Below are positions 52,308 through 60,997 of a stretch of DNA of 64,000 nt, in pieces. The position numbers were made by a program, and so were the translations under genes. The stretch is from Vicinamibacterales bacterium. GTDB lineage: Bacteria; Acidobacteriota; Vicinamibacteria; Vicinamibacterales; UBA8438. Positions within the stretch are counted from its first letter, which is position 1, and each line of letters starts with the position of its first letter. The notes below the pieces were generated by a model, which had not been told where the DNA came from, made no database searches, and saw only the letters and a list, made by a program, of their open reading frames with translations. The stretch lies in assembly GCA_965200895.1 (NCBI GenBank), contig CBDAVM010000002.1, forward strand, positions 542,315-606,314, given 5' to 3'.

Positions 52308-53245
52308 GACGGATGAACCGGGGGCGAGGGACGAAGCGGGCGACGGCGCTCGGCGCGCTGCTGTTCATCGGAGCAGTGTCGCTGGCGGTCACCGAGGCGG
52401 AACAGGGCGGGCCGGTCGTCGAGGTCGAGCGCATCAAGGACAACCTCTACGTGCTGCGCGGCGGCGGCGGCAACTCGGCCGCGTTCGTGACCAGCGACGG
52501 CGTCGTGCTCGTCGACACGAAGGTCGCCGGCTGGGGGCAGCCGCTGATCGACCGCATCGCGGAGCTGACGCCGAACCCGGTGACGACCATCATCAACACC
52601 CATGCGCACTTCGACCATGTGAGCGGCAACGTGGAGTTCCCGGCGTCGGTCGAGGTGGTGGCGCACACCGCCGCGCGGCGGCTGATGGAGGAGTGGAACC
52701 CGGTCACCGGCTTCCCGGGCGACTTCCCGGACGTCTTCGCGACCAGCGGCGGCCAGGGTCTGCCGACCCGGACCTACGACGACCGCCTGACCCTGGGCAG
52801 CGGCGACGACCAGGTCGACCTCTACCACTTCGGCCGCGGCCACACCGGCGGCGACACCTGGGTGGTGTTCCCGTCCCTGCGGGTCATGCACGCCGGCGAC
52901 ATGTTCCCCGGCCGGCAGGTGCCGATCATGGACGCGAGCAACGGCGGGAGCGGCGTCGACTACGCACGGACGCTGCGCAACGCCCACGAGACGGTCACCG
53001 ACATCGACCTCATCATCACCGGCCACAGCACCCAGATGACGCCGGGCGACCTGGAACAGATGGCCGACTTCGTCGAGACGTTTGTCGCCGCGGTGCGCGC
53101 CGGGCGCAACGCGGGGCAGTCGGCGGCGGCGATCGCGGCCGGCTGGCAGGTGCCGTCGCGGTTCGCGGGTTTCGGCAGTCCGCCGCCCGCGCGGTTGCAG
53201 GCCTACGTGCAGGTGATCCTCGATGAACTCGATGTCCGGGAGTAG
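52304..53245 (+). CDS. Secreted MBL-fold metallo-hydrolase (paralogue 3)
   Basis: ATGA overlap with the HupE/UreJ gene; THAHFDH, GHTGGD and TGH motifs; closely resembles paralogue 1. Confidence 0.88.
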   Translation: MRRMNRGRGTKRATALGALLFIGAVSLAVTEAEQGGPVVEVERIKDNLYVLRGGGGNSAAFVTSDGVVLVDTKVAGWGQPLIDRIAELTPNPVTTIINTHAHFDHVSGNVEFPASVEVVAHTAARRLMEEWNPVTGFPGDFPDVFATSGGQGLPTRTYDDRLTLGSGDDQVDLYHFGRGHTGGDTWVVFPSLRVMHAGDMFPGRQVPIMDASNGGSGVDYARTLRNAHETVTDIDLIITGHSTQMTPGDLEQMADFVETFVAAVRAGRNAGQSAAAIAAGWQVPSRFAGFGSPPPARLQAYVQVILDELDVRE

Positions 53246-53798
53246 GACGCCGGCCCGCCCCGGTGCGTGGGCTGCTGCGCGCCGGCGGCGGATCACGCGA
53301 TCTCTGCATCTGCCGGGGCCGGCACGCGCCGCTGCGGCAGGCGACGCGTGCCGGCGGCGGGCGCCCGCTCCGGCGCGTGGCGCCGCCCTGCGCCTGGTGG
53401 GGGCGCTGGCGTGTTTCGCGGTGGGGCTGTCGGCCGGCTGCGCCGGCGGCGGTCCGAACCCCGACACGCTCCGGGCGTCGTTCGCGGCGACCATCGCCGG
53501 AGTGGCCTCGATCAGCGACATGGAGCTCACCGGCGACGAGCTGACGTTCACCTGGACGCGCGGCCCCGACGACGAGATCCGTTGGCGCGTGAGCATCGAT
53601 TCGATGGCCGTCGAGCCCCCGGCAGTCGAAGGCGCCCCCATCCAGGGGCGCGTCGTCTCGTCGTGGTACGCGGACGGCGAGCTCGTCGAGCCGCTCGGCT
53701 CCATGTCGCGGCTGCCCGACGAGATCCTGGAGGCGGGAATCGCCCAGGAGTGCTGGGCGTTGTGGGACGAGGAGTCCGGTGCGTGGGGGTGGTCGTGA
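53223..53798 (+). CDS. Hypothetical lipoprotein (true start probably downstream)
   Basis: Lipobox LSAG-C after a hydrophobic stretch; acidic, coding-like C-terminal ~120 aa. Confidence 0.55.
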   Translation: MNSMSGSRTPARPGAWAAARRRRITRSLHLPGPARAAAAGDACRRRAPAPARGAALRLVGALACFAVGLSAGCAGGGPNPDTLRASFAATIAGVASISDMELTGDELTFTWTRGPDDEIRWRVSIDSMAVEPPAVEGAPIQGRVVSSWYADGELVEPLGSMSRLPDEILEAGIAQECWALWDEESGAWGWS

Positions 53799-53975
53799 AC
53801 AGGTGGCCCGCGCGGTCGCGTCCCGGTCCCTGAACGCGTGGCCCCCTGACGGGTCGGGGCAGTGGCCGGGCGCACGGCGGAGCGGGGCCGGTCGATGCGG
53901 GGTCGGTCGATGCGCCGCCGCGGTTCACGACGCTTGAGCTGTCGGCGCGCATCGAAGTGAAACAGGGAGGCGGAC

Positions 53976-54953
53976 ATGGTGGCGAAGCGCGCGTGGATGG
54001 GATGCATGGCGGTGGCACTGGCGGTCGTGGCGAGCGTCGGGATTTCCGCCCAGGAGGAGTCGGGGCGCGCGGTGGTGACGGAGGCGACCATCTCCTTCAC
54101 CGAGGGGCCGACCGTCGACGCCGACGGTGCCGTCTACTTCACGGACCTGCGCGTCGTCGGGCGCATCCTGAAGATGGACACCGACGGGACCGTCACCACG
54201 TACCGCGAGCCGAGCCACCGCGCCAACGGCCTCATCTTCGACAGCGAGTGGCGACTGCTGGCGTGCGAAGGGGGCAACGGCGACGACGTCCTGCCGCGCA
54301 TCACCCGGACCAACATCGAGACCGGCGAGATCGAGGTCCTCGCCGACCACTTCGAAGGGCAGCAGCTTCACCAGCCGAACGACCTGACCATCGACGGACA
54401 GGGACGCATCTACTTCACCGACCGACCGGGGCCCGTCGTCACGCCTGAGCAGACCGGCGTGCATGGTGTGTATCGCATCGACCCCGACGGCAGCATCGCG
54501 CGTATCCTCACCGAACCGGACATCGAGCGGCCCAACGGCATCGTGATATCGCCCGACGACGCGACTCTCTACCTGATCGAGACCGCGCAGCAGGAGGGGG
54601 GCGCGCGCATGATCCGCGCCTACGACCTCGCCGAGGATGGCACCGCGAGCAACATGCGCGTCTTTCACGACTTCTATCCGGGCCGCAGCGGCGACGGGAT
54701 GACCATCGACAGCGAGGGCAACCTCTACGTCGCGGCCGGGCTCAACCGGTTGCGGGGCACGAGCGAGACGCTGGACACGGTGGCCGGGGTGCACGTCTTC
54801 TCACCGTCCGGCGAGCTCCTTGAGCACATCCCCATCCACGAGGACACGATCACCAACGTCGCCTTCGGGGGCGACGACCTGCGGACGCTGTACATCACGG
54901 CCGGCAAGACGCTCTTCAGCGTGCGGACCGACGTCACCGGCACGCGGCGCTGA
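53976..54953 (+). CDS. SMP-30/gluconolactonase family secreted protein
   Basis: FTEGP, ANGL, PNDL, PNGI, DGMTIDSEGNLYV and TNVAFGG motifs; RBS GGGAGG. Confidence 0.9.
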   Translation: MVAKRAWMGCMAVALAVVASVGISAQEESGRAVVTEATISFTEGPTVDADGAVYFTDLRVVGRILKMDTDGTVTTYREPSHRANGLIFDSEWRLLACEGGNGDDVLPRITRTNIETGEIEVLADHFEGQQLHQPNDLTIDGQGRIYFTDRPGPVVTPEQTGVHGVYRIDPDGSIARILTEPDIERPNGIVISPDDATLYLIETAQQEGGARMIRAYDLAEDGTASNMRVFHDFYPGRSGDGMTIDSEGNLYVAAGLNRLRGTSETLDTVAGVHVFSPSGELLEHIPIHEDTITNVAFGGDDLRTLYITAGKTLFSVRTDVTGTRR

Positions 54954-54995
54954 CTCCGCGGTCGGGAGGCGCGCTTCGCACCCGGTGATTCGCCG

Positions 54996-55325
54996 CCGCA
55001 CGGCGGACAGGGTGAGCAGGTCCTCTTTCAGGATGGCGTCGATGTGCGTACGCTTCCAGCGGGCGTACCAGGATCTCGACCCGCGCAGGAACGGCTCCGG
55101 GAAACCGCCGACGTCCAGCAGGCGGTCGAGGACCTGGTCCGCCGGCAGATCCGTGTATCGCAGCGCCTCCCGCATGTCGAAGGGGTGCAGCCGGAAATGG
55201 AGTAGCGGCCGGCGAGGGAGTCTCCTGTTCTGCGGAAGGCGTCCAGGCGGGCGCTGCTGGTGACGAGCAGGGCCGGCGGCAACCCATCCACGTCGTAGAC
55301 GCCCTTCCGCCAAGTCTTCCAGTCC
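54996..55325 (-). pseudogene. Internal fragment of an AAA_14/DUF4143 ATPase, frameshifted
   Basis: DWKTWRKGVYD..LLVTSSARLDAFRRTGDSLAGRY in one frame continues as HFRLHPF..GGFPEPF..ILKEDL in another, with the shift near 55200. No start codon or C-terminus. Confidence 0.75.
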
Positions 55326-55459
55326 TGCGTCGGATCGAGATTCCGTTCGCCGAAACGCCGCGGGCAGGCTAAGATAGCGGCACTGTCACGCAGTCGTCGA
55401 GCAGCGTCGGGAGGCGAGAGGATCGACCGTGGTCGCGCCACGAACCCGAGGATAGGACG

Positions 55460-57946
55460 ATGTCGAGGATCCTGACCGCTTGCGTGATCGGGCTCGGTCT
55501 TACCGCCGCCGGCGTCGGTCACCACGCCGCGCACGCCGCCACGCATCAGGACGTCCGCCCCGTCGCCGCCGCGCCGTCGGCGCGTCCCCCGGCTCGGGAT
55601 GCGTTGGACGCCGGGTCGGTGCGGCCGGTCCTGCGCCGCTACTGCGTCGGCTGTCACAACGCGCGACTGCGGACGGCCGGTCTGGCGCTGGACACGATGG
55701 ACCCGGCTCGGGTGGGTGACCATCCGGCGGCGTGGGAAAAGGTCGTGCGCAAGCTGCGGACCGGCGCGATGCCGCCGGCTGGACGTCGGCGGCCCGACGC
55801 GGCCACCTACGAGGCCGTGGCTGCCGGTCTCGAAACGGCCCTGGACCAGGCGGCGGCGTCGGATCCCGATCCCGGCCGCACCACCGTTCATCGCCTGAAC
55901 CGGCGGGAGTACGCGAACGCGGTGCGCGACCTGCTCGCACTGGAGATCGACGCGACCAGGCTGTTGCCTGCCGACAACGCGGATCTCGGCTTCGACAACA
56001 TGGCGGACATCCTGTCCGTGTCGCCGGCGCTGCTCGACCGCTACCTCTTCGCGGCGCGCCGGATCAGTCGCCTGGCCGTGGGCGATTCGACGATGGAGCC
56101 GACGACCGAGACCCATGTCGTCCCCGCGATGCGGTTCCAGGACCAGCGCATGGACGAGGACCTGCCGTTCGGCTCCCGCGGCGGCATCGCGATCCGTCAC
56201 AACTTTCCGCTCGACGCGGAGTATGACGTCAGTATCCGGCTGCAACGGCAGCTCTACGACTACGTGCGCGGCCTGCAGAACCGGCAGCAGCTCGAGGTGC
56301 GCCTCGACGGCGAGCGGGTGGCGCTGTTCGACATCGGCGGCGCGCCCGGAACGCCGCCGCCGCGGACGTTCGCGGGCGCCGTGCTCGGCGACCGGACCTG
56401 GGAGGAGTACACGCTGCACGCCGACGAGCACCTCTCGGTCCGCATCTCCGCGAAGGCCGGGCCGCGCGTGCTCGGCGTTTCCTTCGTGCAGGGCCGTTCG
56501 GAGCGCGACGGGGTGCTGCAGCCACGGGCGACCGGGAAGGTGCTGGCCATCGCCGAGCGCTGGAGCTCCCCGTCGGAAGCGCCGGAGGCGGCGGTCGACC
56601 AGGTGAGCATCGCCGGTCCGTTCAACGCCACCGGCGCCGGTGAGACCCCGAGTCGGGAGCGGCTGTTCGTGTGCCGGCCCGCGCCTGGGGCAGGCGACGA
56701 GGCGTGTGCGCGGGAGATTCTCGCCACCGTCGCTCAGCGGGCCTTCCGACGGCCGGTGACGGAGGCCGACCTGGGCACGCTGCTGGCATTCTTCGCGGCG
56801 GGGCGGCGGACGGGCGGTTTCGAGACCGGGGTCCAGCGGGCCCTGGAAAGCATCCTGGTCGATCCGGAGTTCCTGTTCCGCGTCGAGCGCGACCCGGTGG
56901 ACACCAGGCCCGGCACGATACACCCGATCAGCGACCTGGAGCTGGCCTCGCGGCTCTCGTTCTTTCTGTGGAGCAGCATCCCGGATGACGAGCTGCTCGA
57001 CATCGCCGCCCGCGGCGAGCTGCGCGATACGGACGTGCTGCAGCGGCAGATCCGGCGCATGCTGGCCGATCCCCGCGCGCAGGCCCTCGTCGACGGCTTT
57101 GCTGTGCAGTGGCTGGCCCTGCGAACCCTGTCGAGCGTCGTGCCGACGCCGGAGCTCTTCCCGGAGTGGGACGACAACCTGCGCGAGGCGTTCGGGCGCG
57201 AGACGGAGCTGTTCGTGGCCAGCCAGATCCGCGAGGATCGCAGCGTCCTGGACCTCGTTCGCGCGGACTACACGTTCGCCAACGAGCGGCTGGCCCGGCA
57301 CTATGGAATTCCGAACGTCTACGGCAGCCGGTTCCGGCGGGTGACGTTCCCCGACGGCGTACGCGGCGGCCTGCTCGGACACGGCAGTATCCTGACCGTC
57401 ACGTCCTATCCCACGCGGACCTCTCCGGTGCTGCGGGGGCACTGGCTGCTGTCACACCTGCTCGGCGCGCCGCCGCCGCCACCGCCGCCGGACGTGCCGG
57501 CGCTGCCGGACCGGGGAGAGGGCGGCAGACCGGCCTCGGTGCGCGAGCGGCTGGAGCAGCACCGCGAGAACCCGGTCTGCGCGAACTGTCATGCGCCGAT
57601 GGATCCGCTCGGCTTCGCCCTGGAACACTTCGATGCCATCGGGAAGTGGCGCGGCACCGGCGAGGGCGGCGGACCGATCGACGCATCGGGCGTTTTCCCC
57701 GACGGCACCGGTTTCGAAGGACTGGCGGGACTCAGGAGGGTCCTGCTGAGCCGTCAGGAGCAGTTCGTCCGGACCGTCACCGAGAAGCTCGCCACGTACG
57801 CGCTCGGCCGCGGGCTGGAGCATTACGACATGCCTGCTGTCCGCGCCATCATTCGCGACGCGGGTGCGGACGACTACACGTGGTCCTCCCTGGTGCTCGG
57901 GATCGTCGAGAGCACACCGTTTCAGATGCGGAGATCAGAATCATGA
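55460..57946 (+). CDS. DUF1592/1588/1587/1585/1595 diheme cytochrome c protein, copy 2
   Basis: Signal peptide; CVGCH and CANCH; same conserved blocks as copy 1. Confidence 0.88.
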   Translation: MSRILTACVIGLGLTAAGVGHHAAHAATHQDVRPVAAAPSARPPARDALDAGSVRPVLRRYCVGCHNARLRTAGLALDTMDPARVGDHPAAWEKVVRKLRTGAMPPAGRRRPDAATYEAVAAGLETALDQAAASDPDPGRTTVHRLNRREYANAVRDLLALEIDATRLLPADNADLGFDNMADILSVSPALLDRYLFAARRISRLAVGDSTMEPTTETHVVPAMRFQDQRMDEDLPFGSRGGIAIRHNFPLDAEYDVSIRLQRQLYDYVRGLQNRQQLEVRLDGERVALFDIGGAPGTPPPRTFAGAVLGDRTWEEYTLHADEHLSVRISAKAGPRVLGVSFVQGRSERDGVLQPRATGKVLAIAERWSSPSEAPEAAVDQVSIAGPFNATGAGETPSRERLFVCRPAPGAGDEACAREILATVAQRAFRRPVTEADLGTLLAFFAAGRRTGGFETGVQRALESILVDPEFLFRVERDPVDTRPGTIHPISDLELASRLSFFLWSSIPDDELLDIAARGELRDTDVLQRQIRRMLADPRAQALVDGFAVQWLALRTLSSVVPTPELFPEWDDNLREAFGRETELFVASQIREDRSVLDLVRADYTFANERLARHYGIPNVYGSRFRRVTFPDGVRGGLLGHGSILTVTSYPTRTSPVLRGHWLLSHLLGAPPPPPPPDVPALPDRGEGGRPASVRERLEQHRENPVCANCHAPMDPLGFALEHFDAIGKWRGTGEGGGPIDASGVFPDGTGFEGLAGLRRVLLSRQEQFVRTVTEKLATYALGRGLEHYDMPAVRAIIRDAGADDYTWSSLVLGIVESTPFQMRRSES

Positions 57947-59277
57947 TGATCAGCAGGAAAGCTCTCCCCCGCCGCACGGTACTCCGCGGGCTCGGCGCCG
58001 CGGTGGCGTTGCCGCTGCTCGACGGCATGGTGCCCGCGCTGACCGCCCTCGGCCGAACCGCCGCGAGGCCGGTCAGGCGCCTGGGGGTCGTCTACGTCCC
58101 GAACGGGATCGTGATGGAGCAGTGGACTCCCGCGACAGCGGGCGCCGGATTCGAGATCACGCCGATCCTGCAGCCGCTGGAGCGGTTCCGGGACCGTCTG
58201 CTGGTGGTGTCGGGGCTCAGCAACAAGGGGCCGGACAACATCCACGAGACGGGAGCCACGAGCTTCCTGACCGGTGTGCCCCCGAAGCGCACCCAGGGTT
58301 CCCAGCTCGAGGCCGGGGTGTCGATGGATCAGCAGGTGGCGCGGGAAGCGGGCCGGCACACGCAGCTCGCCTCGCTGGAACTGGCCCTGGAGTCGGGCGA
58401 CGATGTGGGGACATGCGGCGGCGGATACACCTGTGCGTACACCAACACCATCTGCTGGCTGAGCGCAACGACACCGTTGCCGATGGAAACCAATCCACGG
58501 ACGGTATTCGAACGGCTGCTGGGCGACACCGGCGGCACGGATGCCGCCGCCCGGCTGGCGCGCATCGAACAGAACCGCAGCCTGCTGGACGCGGTGACGG
58601 ACAAGGTGGCCGCGTTGGGCCGTGACCTCGGGCCGCGGGACCGGCTGAAGCTCGGCGAGTACCTCGAGGCGGTGCGTGACATCGAGCGCCGGATCCAGAA
58701 GGCCGAGGCGCAGGTCGACCAGGAGCTGCCCGAGATCGCGCCGCCGTTGGGCGTTCCCGCCGCCTTCGACGAACACGCGAAGCTGATGTTCGATCTGCAG
58801 GTGCTGGCCTATCAGACCGATCTGACCCGCGTCATCAGCTTCATGATCAGCCGCGAGTACAGCGGCCGTACCTACCCGCAGATCGGCGTGCCGGAGGCGC
58901 ATCACCCGACGTCGCACCACCAGCAGGATCCGGACAAGCTGGAGAAGCTCACCCGGATCAACACGTACCACACGTCGCTGCTCGCCTACTACCTCGACAA
59001 GCTGCGGGCCACCCCCGACGGCGACGGCTCGCTGCTCGACCACGTGGCCGTGCTGTACGGCGCGGGCCTCAGCGACGGCAACCGGCATTCTTCCGAGAAC
59101 CTGCCGATCCTGCTCGCGGGCGGCGGCGCGGGGACGCTCCACTGCGGACAGCATCTGCAGTGTCCGGACCCGACACCGATGTCCAACCTGCACGTGACGC
59201 TGATGGACAGGCTCGGGGTCCCGGTCGAGCACTTCGGGGTGAGCACGGGTGAGATTCAGGAGCTCTCGGGCGTCTAG
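57943..59277 (+). CDS. DUF1552 (HxxSHH) Tat-exported protein, copy 2
   Basis: ATGA overlap with DUF1592; PRRTVLRG, CGGGYTC, HHPTSHH and DGSLLD motifs. Confidence 0.88.
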   Translation: MMISRKALPRRTVLRGLGAAVALPLLDGMVPALTALGRTAARPVRRLGVVYVPNGIVMEQWTPATAGAGFEITPILQPLERFRDRLLVVSGLSNKGPDNIHETGATSFLTGVPPKRTQGSQLEAGVSMDQQVAREAGRHTQLASLELALESGDDVGTCGGGYTCAYTNTICWLSATTPLPMETNPRTVFERLLGDTGGTDAAARLARIEQNRSLLDAVTDKVAALGRDLGPRDRLKLGEYLEAVRDIERRIQKAEAQVDQELPEIAPPLGVPAAFDEHAKLMFDLQVLAYQTDLTRVISFMISREYSGRTYPQIGVPEAHHPTSHHQQDPDKLEKLTRINTYHTSLLAYYLDKLRATPDGDGSLLDHVAVLYGAGLSDGNRHSSENLPILLAGGGAGTLHCGQHLQCPDPTPMSNLHVTLMDRLGVPVEHFGVSTGEIQELSGV

Positions 59278-59356
59278 GAGCTTGCGCCGCAGAACGCAGC
59301 GAAGCGAAATGCTGAGGCGCAAGCTCATGGAGCGGGGGGGATGGGCCGAACGCCGA
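59274..59356. mobile_element. Second, right-truncated copy of the MITE-like element
   Basis: CTAGGAGCTTGCGCCGCAGAACGCAGCGAAGCGAAATGCTGAGGCGCAAG... is nearly identical to 41916-41999; its TAG is the DUF1552 stop codon. Confidence 0.65.
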
Positions 59357-59466
59357 GCCCGCGCGGCGTTTCGGGGCGCTGGGAGTAACGGAGTCAGTTC
59401 CGCAGGTGCGCCGGGCCTGCGAAGATCGGCGCCCGAGGTGATCTGACGGAGACAGGGGAGTCCAAC

Positions 59467-60993
59467 ATGCGCGGCGTTGACATGAGCCGATACGCGGTCG
59501 CCGCGTGTCTCGGTCCGTTGCTGGCTGCTTCGGTCGCAGCGGAGCAGCCGGATCTGCGCCTCATCGACGCGGTCCGGGACGGCGATCGACGCGTCGTGCG
59601 AGCGCTGCTGGAGGAGCCGGTCGACGTGAATGCGCGCCAACCCGACGGGGCGACGGCGCTGCACTGGGCGGCCTACCTCGACGATCTGGATACGGCGCAA
59701 CTGCTCATCGCGGCGGGCGCGGTGGCCGATGCTTCGAACGAGCTCGGAGCCACACCGCTCTACCTGGCGTGCGAGAACGGCAGCGCCGCGCTGGTGCGCA
59801 TGCTGCTGGCTGCCGGGGCAACGGCCGAAGCGGTCCTGCCGAGCGGCGAGACCGCCCTGATGACGGCGTCCCGCACCGGAAGCATCGGCGCGGTGGAGGC
59901 GCTGCTTGCCCACGGCGCCGATGTGCAGGCGCGAGAGTCTACCGAGGGACAGACCGCCCTCATGTGGGCCGTCTCACAGCGACACCCGAAGGTTGTCGAA
60001 GCCCTGCTGAACGCGGGCGCGGACGTGCATGCGCGTTCGCGCGTCCGGCCCGTGGTGACGGCGCATTCCCCCCGCACGAGCAGCGAGGGCGCAGTGGTCG
60101 TCGTGGACGAGGGCGGGTACTCGCCGCTGCTGTTTGCGGCGCGCAGCGGCGACGCCGCATCCGCCGAGCTGCTGCTGGCGGCGGGCGCCGATCCGAACGA
60201 CACCGCGCCGGCCGGAACCAGTGCACTCGTCGTGGCGGCCCACAGCGGCCATGGCGCCCTGGCTGCGTTGTTGCTCCAGGCGGGCGCCGATCCGAACGTG
60301 ACGGAAGCCGGCTACACACCCCTGCACGCGGCGGTCCTCAGGGAGGATGCGGCGCTGGTCCAGGCGCTGCTGGCCCACGGCTCGGATCCGAACGCCCGTC
60401 TGCGGCGCGGCACCCGCTACGCGCGGCAGGGCAAGCTGTTCTCTCTGGACATGGCCTGGACCGGGGCGACGCCGTTCTTTCTCGCAGCCAAGTTCGGCCG
60501 GGGCGACATCATGCGCCGGTTGGCCGAGAGCGGGGCGGACCCGCACGCCGGCCTTGCTGGCGGCGTGACGCCGCTGATGGCCGCCGCCGGCATGCTCACC
60601 CGGGGGTTCGGTCGGGCCGGCAAGGACCGTCGGGGGCGCGAGATGGACTCGGCCGAAATGGAACTTGCCCTCACGCAGGATCCGGACAGACGGAGCGTGA
60701 TGGTCAGCGGCATCGATGCCGTGAAGGTGGCGGTCGAGTTGGGCGCCGACGTCAACGCCGCCAGCGCGACCGGCGACACCGCCCTGCACATGGCTGCCTT
60801 CCACGGCTTCCGGACTGTGGTTCGCTACCTCGTGAGCCGCGGGGCGCGGCTGGACGCCGTCAACAACGGTGGGGAAACGCCGTTGGACCGGGCGCTTGCC
60901 GCACGGGCTCCGGCGCGGCTGACCCGCAGCCTCACCGACTACAGCGACACCGGCACCGCGGACCTGTTGCGCGCCCTGGGTGCGGCCGACTAG
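59467..60993 (+). CDS. Secreted ankyrin-repeat protein, copy 2
   Basis: Signal peptide; many GATALH/GETAL/GYTPLH ankyrin units; RBS GGGGAG. Confidence 0.9.
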   Translation: MRGVDMSRYAVAACLGPLLAASVAAEQPDLRLIDAVRDGDRRVVRALLEEPVDVNARQPDGATALHWAAYLDDLDTAQLLIAAGAVADASNELGATPLYLACENGSAALVRMLLAAGATAEAVLPSGETALMTASRTGSIGAVEALLAHGADVQARESTEGQTALMWAVSQRHPKVVEALLNAGADVHARSRVRPVVTAHSPRTSSEGAVVVVDEGGYSPLLFAARSGDAASAELLLAAGADPNDTAPAGTSALVVAAHSGHGALAALLLQAGADPNVTEAGYTPLHAAVLREDAALVQALLAHGSDPNARLRRGTRYARQGKLFSLDMAWTGATPFFLAAKFGRGDIMRRLAESGADPHAGLAGGVTPLMAAAGMLTRGFGRAGKDRRGREMDSAEMELALTQDPDRRSVMVSGIDAVKVAVELGADVNAASATGDTALHMAAFHGFRTVVRYLVSRGARLDAVNNGGETPLDRALAARAPARLTRSLTDYSDTGTADLLRALGAAD

Positions 60994-60997
60994 TGGA

